Source: Eubacteriales bacterium (lineage in GTDB: Bacteria; Bacillota; Clostridia; Oscillospirales; CAG-272). Taken from it: a stretch of DNA of 64,000 nt. The notes beneath the pieces are model-generated. The model saw only the letters and a list, made by a program, of their open reading frames with translations, was not told the origin of the DNA and searched no databases. The stretch is taken from assembly GCA_045588245.1 (NCBI GenBank), contig JAZNDW010000012.1:31403-95402 (forward strand), written 5' to 3'. The translations under genes were made by a program, and so were the position numbers. Below, piece after piece: positions 1 through 9,320 of the stretch (position 1 is its first letter; each line of letters starts with the position of its first letter).

Positions 1-181
1 GTTCGATATAAAGCTTGCGATTTTTCATAAAATGCAAAAATGCAAGCGCACGCATCTCGGGAACGGATACGGAGCCTTCCCACTTTTTGTATGCTTCGGT
101 AAAATAATGTGCACGCTCCATCGAGATCGTGGGCGTTGCGCTCGTGCTGATTTCACGAAGTCGTCTGACTCTTTCTGTCAT
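1..181 (-). CDS. glycyl-radical enzyme (PFL2 / glycerol-dehydratase-like clade), N-terminal 60 codons only; continues past the left edge
   Basis: Open-ended, so absent from the ORF track. My translation of the minus strand from ATG 181..179 gives MTERVRRLREISTSATPTISMERAHYFTEAYKKWEGSVSVPEMRALAFLHFMKNRKLYIE, a typical N-terminus of PFL2-type GREs. SD GGAGA lies 8 nt upstream. It sits 38 nt downstream of the activase gene on the same strand. Confidence 0.6.
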   Translation of the reverse strand, partial: MTERVRRLREISTSATPTISMERAHYFTEAYKKWEGSVSVPEMRALAFLHFMKNRKLYIE

Positions 182-219
182 GCTGTTTATCTCCTTATCG
201 TAAAAAAATCGTTATTATG

Positions 220-1155
220 TCAGCCGCCGATGCTGACAGGACCGCATCCGCGGGCGATGAGTCGGTCGCGGATCTCGTTCATGCGTTCAGTTGTCGGTGT
301 GGAAAACTCACGGTCGGTTTGCCAACCGAGAGAGTTTCGCTTGTAAATACCCGTGTCGTGATAGGGAAGCAAACAAAGCTTACTGTATTTGACCGTGTTT
401 GCAACGTCTGCTAAACGGTCGATGTCGTCGTCGGTGTAGTTCGCGCCATCAAAGCCGTCGGCATCGGGACCGGGAGCGATAACGGGAACACGAAGATAAA
501 TCTTCGCGCCCGAATCGGAAAGACGGTAAAGATTGGATAGGATCAATTCATTCGGCACGGCTGTGCAGTATTGATGCTTTTGCGGATCGACGGACTTGAT
601 GTCATATAGGAACGTGTCAACGTATGGCAAAATACGCTTAAACTTGTCCCACGGGGCAAAGCCCGACGTGTCTATGTTGACGCTGATGCCCTCTCGGTCG
701 AGCGCTTTTAAGAGCGATAGGATAAACTCAATATCCTGAGCCATGACTTCGCCACCCGAAAGAGTGACGCCGCCGCCCGATTCCTCGTAAAACATACGGT
801 CGGCACGGCAGATCTTGATTAGCTCGGGAACGGTGTAAGAGTTGCCTGCGATGCTTCTTGCATCTGCAAGGCAAACGGGAACGCACTCGCCGCAAGCACC
901 ACAGAGCTCAAAATCCTGAACGGCTATGTGCTTATTTTCGTCAAAAGAGATCGCGCCGTTCGGACAGACGTGAACGCACGCACCGCAACCGACACATTTT
1001 TCGCTGTTATATAAAAGTGACGGCGAAAAGCTTTCGCCTTCGGGATTGTGACACCATCGGCACTCAAGCGGACAGCCCGTGAAGAAAACCGTCGTGCGAA
1101 TGCCGTCTCCGTCATGAACGGAAAAACGTTGTATATTAAAAACTGTTGCTTTCAT
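220..1155 (-). CDS. glycyl-radical enzyme activating protein (radical SAM, PFL-AE family with ferredoxin-like insert)
   Basis: FNIQRFSVHDGDGIRTTVFFTGCPLECRWCHNPE carries the CX3CX2C radical-SAM motif. Two extra Cys clusters are present (CVGCGACVHVCP, CGACGECVPVC). I chose the MKATVFNIQ start at 1155 because it matches family N-termini; the track ORF extends to a GTG at 1194. Neither start has a clear SD. Confidence 0.85.
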   Translation of the reverse strand: MKATVFNIQRFSVHDGDGIRTTVFFTGCPLECRWCHNPEGESFSPSLLYNSEKCVGCGACVHVCPNGAISFDENKHIAVQDFELCGACGECVPVCLADARSIAGNSYTVPELIKICRADRMFYEESGGGVTLSGGEVMAQDIEFILSLLKALDREGISVNIDTSGFAPWDKFKRILPYVDTFLYDIKSVDPQKHQYCTAVPNELILSNLYRLSDSGAKIYLRVPVIAPGPDADGFDGANYTDDDIDRLADVANTVKYSKLCLLPYHDTGIYKRNSLGWQTDREFSTPTTERMNEIRDRLIARGCGPVSIGG

Positions 1156-1347
1156 AATTAACCGTGAATTAGTATTTTCTGTTAGCTGTTTCACACATAT
1201 ACTAACCTAATATAATTATATAATCATAATCCCCGTTTGTCAATTGAGCAAAGAGCAGTATTGATAAATTGTTTTTGTATATACTTGCAAAAAAACGAAT
1301 AGTATGATATCCTAAAGTAAGCAAATATAACGAAACGGAGGAGCATT

Positions 1348-1713
1348 ATGCGTTTACAGGAATCCGGAGAAATGTATCTTGAAACGATATATGTTCTCTC
1401 AAAAGAAAAAAATCCCGTTCGCTCGATCGACGTGTGCGAATATATGGGATATTCAAAGCCAAGTGTCAGCCGCGCGGTAGGACTTCTGAAAAGGGGCGGT
1501 TTTCTTCTGATGAACGAGCACGGTCACCTTATTCTTACCGAAGAGGGGATACGCGTTGCGGAGAAAACTTACGAGCGCCACAGAATATTGACGAAATTTT
1601 TCGTCTCTCTCGGTGTTCCCGAGGATGTCGCCTCGGAAGATGCTTGCAAAATTGAGCATGTTATAAGCGATGAAACCTTAAAAGCCATCAAACAAAACGC
1701 AAAGATCGACTGA
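1348..1713 (+). CDS. DtxR/MntR-family metal-dependent transcriptional repressor
   Basis: SGEMYLETIYVL...VRSIDVCEYMGYSKPSVSRAVGLLKRGGFL is a winged HTH. HRILTKFF...ACKIEHVISDE is the DtxR metal-binding/dimerisation helix pattern. SD GGAGGAG lies upstream. Confidence 0.85.
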   Translation: MRLQESGEMYLETIYVLSKEKNPVRSIDVCEYMGYSKPSVSRAVGLLKRGGFLLMNEHGHLILTEEGIRVAEKTYERHRILTKFFVSLGVPEDVASEDACKIEHVISDETLKAIKQNAKID

Positions 1714-1730
1714 TATTAAGGTGTTTTGCC

Positions 1731-3734
1731 ATGAAAAATTATTTTAAGCTCATAGTTTTAGTATTTTTGACGGTCGTACTCGCGGCTGTCACCGTCGCCT
1801 GCGCAGAAATAGCAGAGATTATTGATTATCCTGTCAGAGTCATGCTTGCGGACAGCGAAAATCTCACTGTTACGGGCGACCGCGTTATAACGGTCAGCGC
1901 AGGACAGACAGCAGAGTTTGACGTTACCGTTCCAGAAGGAATGAAGGTGGCAGAGCTCAGCGGCGGCGCTTATTATGAAGACGGAAAGATCAAGATCGAT
2001 AACGTCTTTTTCCCTGTCACGATAAAAACGACCGTACGCGAATATTATGACTGCACGTATTCGACCGTTGCGACAAACGGTGGTAAAGTGTCAGAGGCGA
2101 AGAATGTTACCGTACGCGAGGATGACGAGGTAACTGTCACAGCGGAAGCTAAAACAAGATATAAATTTGTCGGATGGTCCGACGGACGCTCCATAGAAAA
2201 GGGCGGTGTCATCATCAGCACCGACAGCGTTTATACGTTTAATATCACGTCCGACATGACGCTTTATGCTAACTTTGCCGACGAGGATGCAAGGATCGTC
2301 ATTTATAATGCGAATGGCGGCATCGTTACGGAAACGGGCGGTGACGTCCGCGTTGATATTGCCGAGGACGATTATCATTTCTATGTAAATTCATTACCCG
2401 ATATAGGATATTTTGAGCGCGACGGTTACGTGCTTTACGGCTATAACACAGCTGCAGACGGAAGCGGAGAATACTTCGGTCTTGGCTGGAATATCGTTTC
2501 CGACGAAACCGTTATGGAGCTTTACTGCGTCTGGGCAAAGGAATCTGACCCTGCCGATTTTGAGTACCGCATTGACGGACGCGAGGTAACGATCATCGGA
2601 TATAACGGCAACGACGAGGTTATCGTCGTGCCGAAAGAGATCAAGAACCGCAGCGTTGTTTCCATTGAAAAGCGTGCATTCCGTGCGTCAACGGCACACA
2701 CGGTGATCCTGCCGTCCACGATAGAATATATCGCCGAGGAAGCATTTGCATCCTGTGAATTTTCGACGCTCTATCTACCTGATTCGGTTACGGGGATCAG
2801 CGACGCTTCTTTCCGCAAATGCGAGAATTTTAGTACGCTTTACGTCAACGCCGCATCAGTGCCCAAGTATCAGACCTACGACCACGGAACGTATTCTATC
2901 AAGTACGAGCGTATGATGTATGCAAGCCGCCACGGTCTGCCGAAGCTCGTCTTCACATCGGGCTCCAACGGAACGTACGGCGTATATTCCGAGCAGCTTG
3001 AAAAAGGGCTTAACGGCGAATATTACGTTATCGACTATTCGCTTCATTATCAGACGTGCGGTATGTTCTTTGTCGATCTTATTTCCACGTTCCTCACCGA
3101 AGACGATATTTTCCTGTTCTTGCCCGAACCGAACGAATTCCAGCTCGGAACGAACCGTTGGAACGCGATCATGTGGCAGTTCTTTGAAGCGGCATACGGC
3201 TGTATCACAAACGTTGATATAAGAGATTATGACGGCGTGTTCGATACTTTCTATGAATTTAACGCGTCAAGACAGTGGATGAACAATACGAAATACACCG
3301 ATTATTGGTCAGGCATCAATCGGTACGGTGACAACGACTGGTACCGCAACGGCGAATACGACGGATTTGTCGGAAGCCAAGGTACGTATCAGCTTGAGAC
3401 CGACCACGTCAACGTTGACAATATTAATATATCTCTTGATAAAGTGCTCGCGACGGGAGCGAAGTCGTATTTTTCTTTCCCGAGCCTGAATAAGCACGCG
3501 CTTGCAGGTGCAGCCAAGAAAGAAAATCGCAGAACCGCATACGAAAACTATATCAGAGATAACCTGCACATCACTGTGATCTCAACTATTGAAGACTATA
3601 TCTTCAACGGCAGATATATGTCGGGTACGAACTATCACCTCTCCTCCGAGGGAACAAAGATCCGTACCGACCGTCTGATAGACGATATCCGCGCACAGCT
3701 TGCAAAGGATGATCCCGGTAAATGGGGAAAATAA
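1731..3734 (+). CDS. secreted or membrane-anchored multidomain surface protein (InlB-type B-repeats + BspA-type leucine-rich repeats + uncharacterised C-terminal domain)
   Basis: N-terminal hydrophobic signal or anchor ending ...AAVTVAC. B-repeat signatures YKFVGWSDG and GYVLYGYNTAADGSGEYF. BspA-like LRR run SIEKRAFRASTAHTVILPSTIEYIAEEAFASCEFSTLYLPDSVTGISDASFRKCENFSTLYV. Confidence 0.6.
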   Translation: MKNYFKLIVLVFLTVVLAAVTVACAEIAEIIDYPVRVMLADSENLTVTGDRVITVSAGQTAEFDVTVPEGMKVAELSGGAYYEDGKIKIDNVFFPVTIKTTVREYYDCTYSTVATNGGKVSEAKNVTVREDDEVTVTAEAKTRYKFVGWSDGRSIEKGGVIISTDSVYTFNITSDMTLYANFADEDARIVIYNANGGIVTETGGDVRVDIAEDDYHFYVNSLPDIGYFERDGYVLYGYNTAADGSGEYFGLGWNIVSDETVMELYCVWAKESDPADFEYRIDGREVTIIGYNGNDEVIVVPKEIKNRSVVSIEKRAFRASTAHTVILPSTIEYIAEEAFASCEFSTLYLPDSVTGISDASFRKCENFSTLYVNAASVPKYQTYDHGTYSIKYERMMYASRHGLPKLVFTSGSNGTYGVYSEQLEKGLNGEYYVIDYSLHYQTCGMFFVDLISTFLTEDDIFLFLPEPNEFQLGTNRWNAIMWQFFEAAYGCITNVDIRDYDGVFDTFYEFNASRQWMNNTKYTDYWSGINRYGDNDWYRNGEYDGFVGSQGTYQLETDHVNVDNINISLDKVLATGAKSYFSFPSLNKHALAGAAKKENRRTAYENYIRDNLHITVISTIEDYIFNGRYMSGTNYHLSSEGTKIRTDRLIDDIRAQLAKDDPGKWGK

Positions 3735-3778
3735 TATTGCAAGCGAAGCCTACACTTCATAAAACATAATGAAAAGAG

Positions 3779-3815
3779 CCCACGACGGAAGAATTTTCCG
3801 TCGTGGGCTTTATTT
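3779..3815. terminator. bidirectional rho-independent terminator between the surface-protein gene and mgtE
   Basis: Perfect 13-bp stem GCCCACGACGGAA / TTCCGTCGTGGGC with a 5-nt loop and T-rich runs on both strands. Confidence 0.85.
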
Positions 3816-3824
3816 GTGAAGTAG

Positions 3825-5177
3825 TTATAAACCGAGAAGAGCAGATGCGAAAAGGAAGTAAAGTATAAGCGACAGCGCGTCTACGGCAGTTGTGATAAAC
3901 GGACTTGCCATAACGGCAGGATCAAATCCGCACAGCTTTGCCAGAAGCGGCATCATGGATCCGATGAGCTTAGCCGCAATAACGGTAAACACGAGCGTCA
4001 GGGAAACGACCGCGATGATAGGAATGGAGATGTCTCCGCCGAGCAGCATATTGTCTACGAGTAAAATCTTCAAAAATGAAGCAACGGCAAGCGTTACACC
4101 GCAGAGAACGGAAACGCGAAGTTCCTTCCACAGCACGCGGAGCGTATCGGAAAAAACTATCTCGTCAAGGGAAAGTCCGCGGATAACGGTCGTTGACGAC
4201 TGACTTCCCGAGTTACCGCCCGTACCCATCAGCATGGGAATGAAAGCCGTAAGTGCGACCTCGGCGGCAAGCGCCGATTCAAACGACGAAATGATCATCC
4301 CCGTGAATGTTGCCGAGATCATAAGCAGGATGAGCCACGGAATTCGGTGTAACCATATCTGCCACACGGATTCCTTCAAGTAAGGCTTGTCGGTCGGCGT
4401 GATAGCCGCCATGATGTCCATATCTTCGCTGTATTCTTCGGTAATGACGTCAACGGCGTCGTCGATCGTGACGATACCGATCATTCGTGATTCCGAATCG
4501 ACGACGGGAAGTGCAAGAAAGTCGTATTTGGAAAGCTGATTTGCAACAAATTCTTTATCGTCAAGAGTGTTGACGGAAATGACGTTATCTTCCATTATGT
4601 CCGCGATAAGCGCATCATTTTTGGAGATAAGAAGCGTGAGCACGGAAACAACGCCCACAAGGAAACGTTTTCTGTCTGTGACGTAGCAGGTATAAACGGT
4701 TTCTTTGTCAATACCCGTTTTTCTGATAACCGCAAACGCTTCCTCGACCGTCATGTCGGGGTAAAGGCGAACGTATTCTGTCGTAAGGATACTGCCGGCG
4801 GAATCGTGCGGATATTTAAGTAAAGCGTTTATGTCGCGGCGCATCGACGGAGGAACTCGCGTAAGGATGCGGTTGGCAACGTTTGCGGGCATCTCTTCGA
4901 TGACGTCAACGGCGTCATCGAGATACATATCTTCGATAATTGCGGTGAGCTCTCTGTCGGAAAACGCGTCTATAAGTGATTCCATGTCGTCCGAATCCAT
5001 TTCAACGAAGGTGTCTGCCGCCAATTCCTTCGGCAGCAAACGGAAGAGAATTAAGAGGTCCTCACCGTCTGCCTCTCCGAGAATCTCGGCTATGTCGGCA
5101 GGCAGCATTTCATGAAATATTGAATGAATTTCGCTGAATTTCTTTTCGGCTAAAAGCTCTTTGATTTTTTCGACCAT
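3825..5177 (-). CDS. mgtE: magnesium transporter MgtE
   Basis: Full MgtE architecture: N-domain (LPADIAEILGE), tandem CBS region, and a C-terminal 5-TM domain with GTGGNSGSQSST. Confidence 0.92.
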   Translation of the reverse strand: MVEKIKELLAEKKFSEIHSIFHEMLPADIAEILGEADGEDLLILFRLLPKELAADTFVEMDSDDMESLIDAFSDRELTAIIEDMYLDDAVDVIEEMPANVANRILTRVPPSMRRDINALLKYPHDSAGSILTTEYVRLYPDMTVEEAFAVIRKTGIDKETVYTCYVTDRKRFLVGVVSVLTLLISKNDALIADIMEDNVISVNTLDDKEFVANQLSKYDFLALPVVDSESRMIGIVTIDDAVDVITEEYSEDMDIMAAITPTDKPYLKESVWQIWLHRIPWLILLMISATFTGMIISSFESALAAEVALTAFIPMLMGTGGNSGSQSSTTVIRGLSLDEIVFSDTLRVLWKELRVSVLCGVTLAVASFLKILLVDNMLLGGDISIPIIAVVSLTLVFTVIAAKLIGSMMPLLAKLCGFDPAVMASPFITTAVDALSLILYFLFASALLGL

Positions 5178-5384
5178 TTTTTTTGCACAGAAAAACCGTG
5201 CGACCTCCTGTCATTTTTCGGTTAAGCGTACGAAAAAACAAGATCACACGGCAAAAAAACGAAAATGCGGGTAATTAAAAAAGCTTTACACCCTCGGACG
5301 CAAAACGTATGATCCTGTTATAAATACTTCGATAAGTACTACTATTGTCCGAATTCATACATCTTACCTCCAAAAATCAATATA

Positions 5385-5603
5385 TCAGATTCCGTCGCTG
5401 TCGTCGGCTGGGAAATAGAGCGTTGGCACGGGAGGAAGCGGCTTGACGTCACGCTTCAGCGGATCGAGCGTGAATTTCCGACAGCTTCCTGTGGGCTTGA
5501 CAAGACCTCGTTTTCGACAAAGCACAGCGTCGCCCGACAACAAAACGGTGCCGAGCTTACAGTTAACGCATATATTATCGCCTTCGTCTGTGACGTGTCG
5601 CAT
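5385..5603 (-). CDS. small Cys-rich protein (putative zinc ribbon), function unknown
   Basis: MRHVTDEGDNICVNCKLG...AVLCRKRGLVKPTGSCRKF has a CxxC...C...C pattern. SD GGGAG lies 5 nt before the ATG at 5603; the track ORF starts at an upstream TTG. It sits between ylbJ and mgtE on the same strand. Confidence 0.45.
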   Translation of the reverse strand: MRHVTDEGDNICVNCKLGTVLLSGDAVLCRKRGLVKPTGSCRKFTLDPLKRDVKPLPPVPTLYFPADDSDGI

Positions 5604-5637
5604 AGAATCTCCCAAATAAAACCTGAATGATATTTAA

Positions 5638-6750
5638 TTATATACCTTTTGATCGTTTTTTGCAAGTATTAATTTTTTGCGTTCTTGCAGAGAAGCTTGC
5701 GGCGATGACGAAAAACAAAAGCAACAGCAGTATAGAAAGAGGAGAAACAGGAGCTACGACAGCAGGCGTTGATGCACTGATGCTGTCGGGGAATAACGAA
5801 GAAAAACAGTACGATATGGCTGCCGTTACACAGCCGCAGACAAGCTTACATAAGACGTGCGGATACAGATCGATATCTTTACTGTTAATGACAGAGCCGT
5901 TTTGACACAAAACGGAGAGCCCCGAAAAGCCTATCGAAAATCCCGAAAGTCCGATCGCCGTCTGCCGACAAATCAGCTCCGCGGCAAACGCTTCAGCGGA
6001 CGCTGCGCATCCCGACGCAAACTCAAAAAATACCGACACAAATAGACCGAGAGTAACAATCCCCGTGATTCCGACCAAAATCTCGGATAAAACCGACGCG
6101 ATCAGCGAAAAAAACGTTACAGAGCCGCAAACGGAAAGCATTACGCGCGAAGCATCGCCGACCGATAAAGTCAAAAGCTCGGGAAACGAGCGGCTCGCCG
6201 CCGCCATTTCCGTCGGGATGCTGTCATTTTGCGGCTTAACGGGAGCAAAAATACGAAGCGTTACACCGATAAGGACCGCGGCGATGGCTTGTGCTCCCCA
6301 TAAAAGAAAGCCGACGCCGACACTGCCGAACATCCCTCTGCCGACCGAAAAGACGGGGAAAGACGGCGACGCACAAGAGGTAAAGCAAAGCAGTCTTTGA
6401 CATTCTTTTTTGCTTATGATGCCGTTTTTGTAAAGCGAACCTGCCGTCATCGCACCGAGGGGAAATCCGAATAACAGACCGCACAAAAATGCGGAAGCAC
6501 CGTGGTGCAGACCGAACAAAAATCGAAACGGACGGCGCAGAATGCGGTCAACGGTGCTGACACCTCCCAAATGAATAAAAAAAGAAGAGATAACCGAAAA
6601 CGGGAATACCGCTGGTATCACACGCACGGCACAAAGAGAGAGCGAACGGCTGACCGATTCGGTTACAAGCTCGGGAAAAGCAAGAAACAGCGCCGACACG
6701 AACAAAGCGGCGAATGAATAAACGGCTACGTCGAACCCTCTTTTACGCAT
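5638..6750 (-). CDS. ylbJ: sporulation integral membrane protein YlbJ (nucleoside-recognition/Gate-domain family)
   Basis: Polytopic membrane protein with a YlbJ-like N-terminus (...AVRVIPAVFPFSVISSFF...). It is divergent from yqfC-yqfD. Confidence 0.7.
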   Translation of the reverse strand: MRKRGFDVAVYSFAALFVSALFLAFPELVTESVSRSLSLCAVRVIPAVFPFSVISSFFIHLGGVSTVDRILRRPFRFLFGLHHGASAFLCGLLFGFPLGAMTAGSLYKNGIISKKECQRLLCFTSCASPSFPVFSVGRGMFGSVGVGFLLWGAQAIAAVLIGVTLRIFAPVKPQNDSIPTEMAAASRSFPELLTLSVGDASRVMLSVCGSVTFFSLIASVLSEILVGITGIVTLGLFVSVFFEFASGCAASAEAFAAELICRQTAIGLSGFSIGFSGLSVLCQNGSVINSKDIDLYPHVLCKLVCGCVTAAISYCFSSLFPDSISASTPAVVAPVSPLSILLLLLFFVIAASFSARTQKINTCKKRSKGI

Positions 6751-6815
6751 TACGTATCCTTTCGTTGCATATTATTTTGTAAGCAATTATATGTAACGTC
6801 GGGGGAGATAATGCC

Positions 6816-7115
6816 ATGAAACCGTATAGACGGATAGAACAAAAAATCAAGGAATATATCGGCACGGCGCTCGAAATGCCGAGCGCCTCCGTTATGGGAG
6901 GCTCATCGTTAACGCTGACGGACGGAAGAGAGGTATACGTTACGGGATGCAGGTCAATTCTGTCGTATAACGATCAATATATAGAGCTCATGACAGGACT
7001 CGGCAAGATAGGAATTTTCGGCGTAGAGCTTGATATTTCGGGGTATACGGACACGGATATAGCAGTGCGCGGAAGAATATCAAAGATCAGTATCGCGGAG
7101 GACGAACAATGCTGA
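6816..7115 (+). CDS. yqfC: YabP/YqfC-family sporulation protein
   Basis: 99 aa with the pattern ...LTLTDGREVYVTGCRSILSYNDQYIEL...IAVRGRI. It overlaps yqfD by 7 nt. Confidence 0.8.
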   Translation: MKPYRRIEQKIKEYIGTALEMPSASVMGGSSLTLTDGREVYVTGCRSILSYNDQYIELMTGLGKIGIFGVELDISGYTDTDIAVRGRISKISIAEDEQC

Positions 7116-8293
7116 CGAGGCTGTTCTTATTCATCATCGGATACGCAAAATTTTACGTTAATGAAGCTGACGCTATTATTCTGACGCAGCTTGCGTTTCG
7201 GTCGCATATACAGCTTTATATAAAGCGTCGAAATAAATACAGACGCATACTTTGCCGCGAATGCGACTATGCCGCGCTTTCTGAAATTGCGGCAGGCGCT
7301 AATCTTTCGTTTATCCGCGTACGTCACTCGGGGATACCGGTTTACTATAGACGCTATAAGAAACGGTACGGAATATACGTCGGTGCGGTGATACTCATTT
7401 TATTGCTTATCTTCTCGGATGATTTTGTCTGGAGGATCGATATCGTCGGGAACGAAAACGTCAGCGATGAAAAAATACTGTCTTCGCTCTCGGAGCTCGG
7501 ATTTTGCGAGGGCGTATATCATCGTGATATAGATTTTGACGTTTTGCATAACAGATTTCTGGCAAAGTCGGAGGATATAGCGTGGATAGCTGTCAATATG
7601 CACGGTAACGTGGCGACCGTTTTGATCAGGGAATATGCAAAGCCCGACAAAGAAGCGGAAAGGACTGTGGCAAACGTCGTTGCTGCCGAGGACGGTGTGA
7701 TAACGCAGGTATCAGTTTTTGACGGACGCGCCGCCGTAAAGATTGGAGATGCTGTTTCGGAAGGACAGCTTTTGATCTCAGGGGTGATGGAGTATGCGGG
7801 TGCAGAAACGAGGTATGTCTATGCCAAAGGCGAGGTATACGCAGAGGTGGAGCGACAGATATGCGTCAGCGTTCCGCTGACACAGCAAAAGAAAGTGATA
7901 ACGGGCGAGGTAAAACGCGAATACGGTATAAAAATCTTTTCCCGCGAGATATTTTTTGGCAGAAAGGGTAGAATTGAGAGCGATGTTTGTGATACAATAA
8001 CTATGTATAAAGATTTGACGCTTTTCGGTTCCGTTCCGTTGCCACTGAAACTTATTGTGACTGAGCAAACGTACTCGGAATACGTAACCGAAACCGTAAG
8101 CACCGACAGCGCGGCGGCGACGGCTTATGTTGAATACAAGCACGCTTTCATTGATGCGACAAGCGGCGTCACGCTTCTTTCGTATCAGACGAAAAGCGGA
8201 ATGAACGAAGACGGTGACGCATACGTCATTGAAGCGACGCTGCGCGTTATTGAAGATATTGCAAAAACAAAGGAATTTGACGTAGATCGGTAA
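7109..8293 (+). CDS. yqfD: sporulation protein YqfD
   Basis: Typical YqfD layout: N-terminal soluble part, a single TM (GIYVGAVILILLLIF), then WRIDIVGNENVSDEKI. It follows yqfC. Confidence 0.8.
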   Translation: MLTRLFLFIIGYAKFYVNEADAIILTQLAFRSHIQLYIKRRNKYRRILCRECDYAALSEIAAGANLSFIRVRHSGIPVYYRRYKKRYGIYVGAVILILLLIFSDDFVWRIDIVGNENVSDEKILSSLSELGFCEGVYHRDIDFDVLHNRFLAKSEDIAWIAVNMHGNVATVLIREYAKPDKEAERTVANVVAAEDGVITQVSVFDGRAAVKIGDAVSEGQLLISGVMEYAGAETRYVYAKGEVYAEVERQICVSVPLTQQKKVITGEVKREYGIKIFSREIFFGRKGRIESDVCDTITMYKDLTLFGSVPLPLKLIVTEQTYSEYVTETVSTDSAAATAYVEYKHAFIDATSGVTLLSYQTKSGMNEDGDAYVIEATLRVIEDIAKTKEFDVDR

Positions 8294-8300
8294 AATTAAT

Positions 8301-9320
8301 ATGTCAGAACGAATCATCACAACAAAATCAAGCGAAATAACGAGCCGCCTGTTTGGCAGCTTTGATATTAATTGCAGACGCATCGAGGAAGCGTTCGCCG
8401 TCAAGATACGCAACCGTCAGAATACTGACGGCGACGGTGACTGCATCGTGATCTCGGGCGAGGACGAAGCCGTAAAATTGGCGGCGGACGCGATACTTTA
8501 TCTTCGCGGTGCGGCGGAATATAATGAAACCCTTTCCGAGCAGACGGTCGATTATGTTATTGCCATGACGCAGGAGGGAAAGTCGGGAGAGCTTGAAGCT
8601 CTTGACGACTGCGTTTGCGTCACGACTCGCGGCAAACCCATCAAGGCGAAAACGGTCGGACAGAAGAAATACGTTGAAGCTATCAAAAAAAATACGGTCA
8701 TTCTCGGTGTCGGACCTGCGGGAACGGGTAAAACGTTTCTTGCCGTTGCGATGGCGTGCAAGGCTCTGCGCGAACGAGAGGTACAGCGCATCATTCTGAC
8801 GCGCCCCGCAGTTGAAGCGGGCGAAAAGCTCGGCTTTTTGCCGGGAGACTTACAAAATAAGATCGACCCGTACCTGCGTCCGCTTCACGACGCGCTTTAC
8901 GAAATGCTCGGTGCGGAGAATTATTCACGTCATATCGAGCGTCAGACGATAGAGATCGCGCCGCTCGCTTATATGAGAGGACGTACGCTTGACGATTCGT
9001 TTATCATTCTTGACGAAGCGCAGAACACGACACCCGAACAGATGAAGATGTTTTTAACGCGTCTAGGATTTAATTCAAAAGCCGTCGTTACGGGTGACCT
9101 GACGCAGACAGACTTGCCGTCAGGCAAGCGAAGCGGTCTTGCCGAAGCTGTAAAGATACTTGACGGAATTGACGATATTGCGATACACCGCTTCACGGAG
9201 CGCGACGTTGTCCGTCATAAGCTCGTGCAAAAGATCATCCTCGCATACGACCGTTTCGAGCGCGAAAAGCGCAACCGCGACGGCGACGGAAAAAATAAGT
9301 TTAAGGTTAAAAAGTTATGA
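8301..9320 (+). CDS. phoH: PhoH-family ATPase
   Basis: Walker A GPAGTGKT, LTRPAVEAGEKLGFLPGD and Walker B ILDEAQN. Conserved position before ybeY. Confidence 0.92.
   Translation: MSERIITTKSSEITSRLFGSFDINCRRIEEAFAVKIRNRQNTDGDGDCIVISGEDEAVKLAADAILYLRGAAEYNETLSEQTVDYVIAMTQEGKSGELEALDDCVCVTTRGKPIKAKTVGQKKYVEAIKKNTVILGVGPAGTGKTFLAVAMACKALREREVQRIILTRPAVEAGEKLGFLPGDLQNKIDPYLRPLHDALYEMLGAENYSRHIERQTIEIAPLAYMRGRTLDDSFIILDEAQNTTPEQMKMFLTRLGFNSKAVVTGDLTQTDLPSGKRSGLAEAVKILDGIDDIAIHRFTERDVVRHKLVQKIILAYDRFEREKRNRDGDGKNKFKVKKL

Noticed and set aside
1205-1235. DtxR/IdeR operator in the activase/dtxR divergent region
   Set aside because: Only the right half (TAACCTAA) of the 19-bp palindrome is present.
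5178-5384. Expected M-box (ykoK) Mg2+ riboswitch upstream of mgtE
   Set aside because: The conserved M-box core strings are not present on the minus strand. Only short chance-level resemblances appear. I kept this as an open question in the findings and did not call it as a feature.
6751-6815. Sigma-E-type sporulation promoter upstream of yqfC, and similarly upstream of spoIIIAA at about 38840..38880
   Set aside because: GCATATT...ATATGTAA and GCATAAA...AATATACT resemble the -35 ATATT / -10 CATACA-T pattern. Spacing and the -10 match are too loose to call without a matrix score.
7778-8413. 211-aa minus-strand ORF
   Set aside because: It is antisense to yqfD and the phoH start. AT-rich shadow frame.
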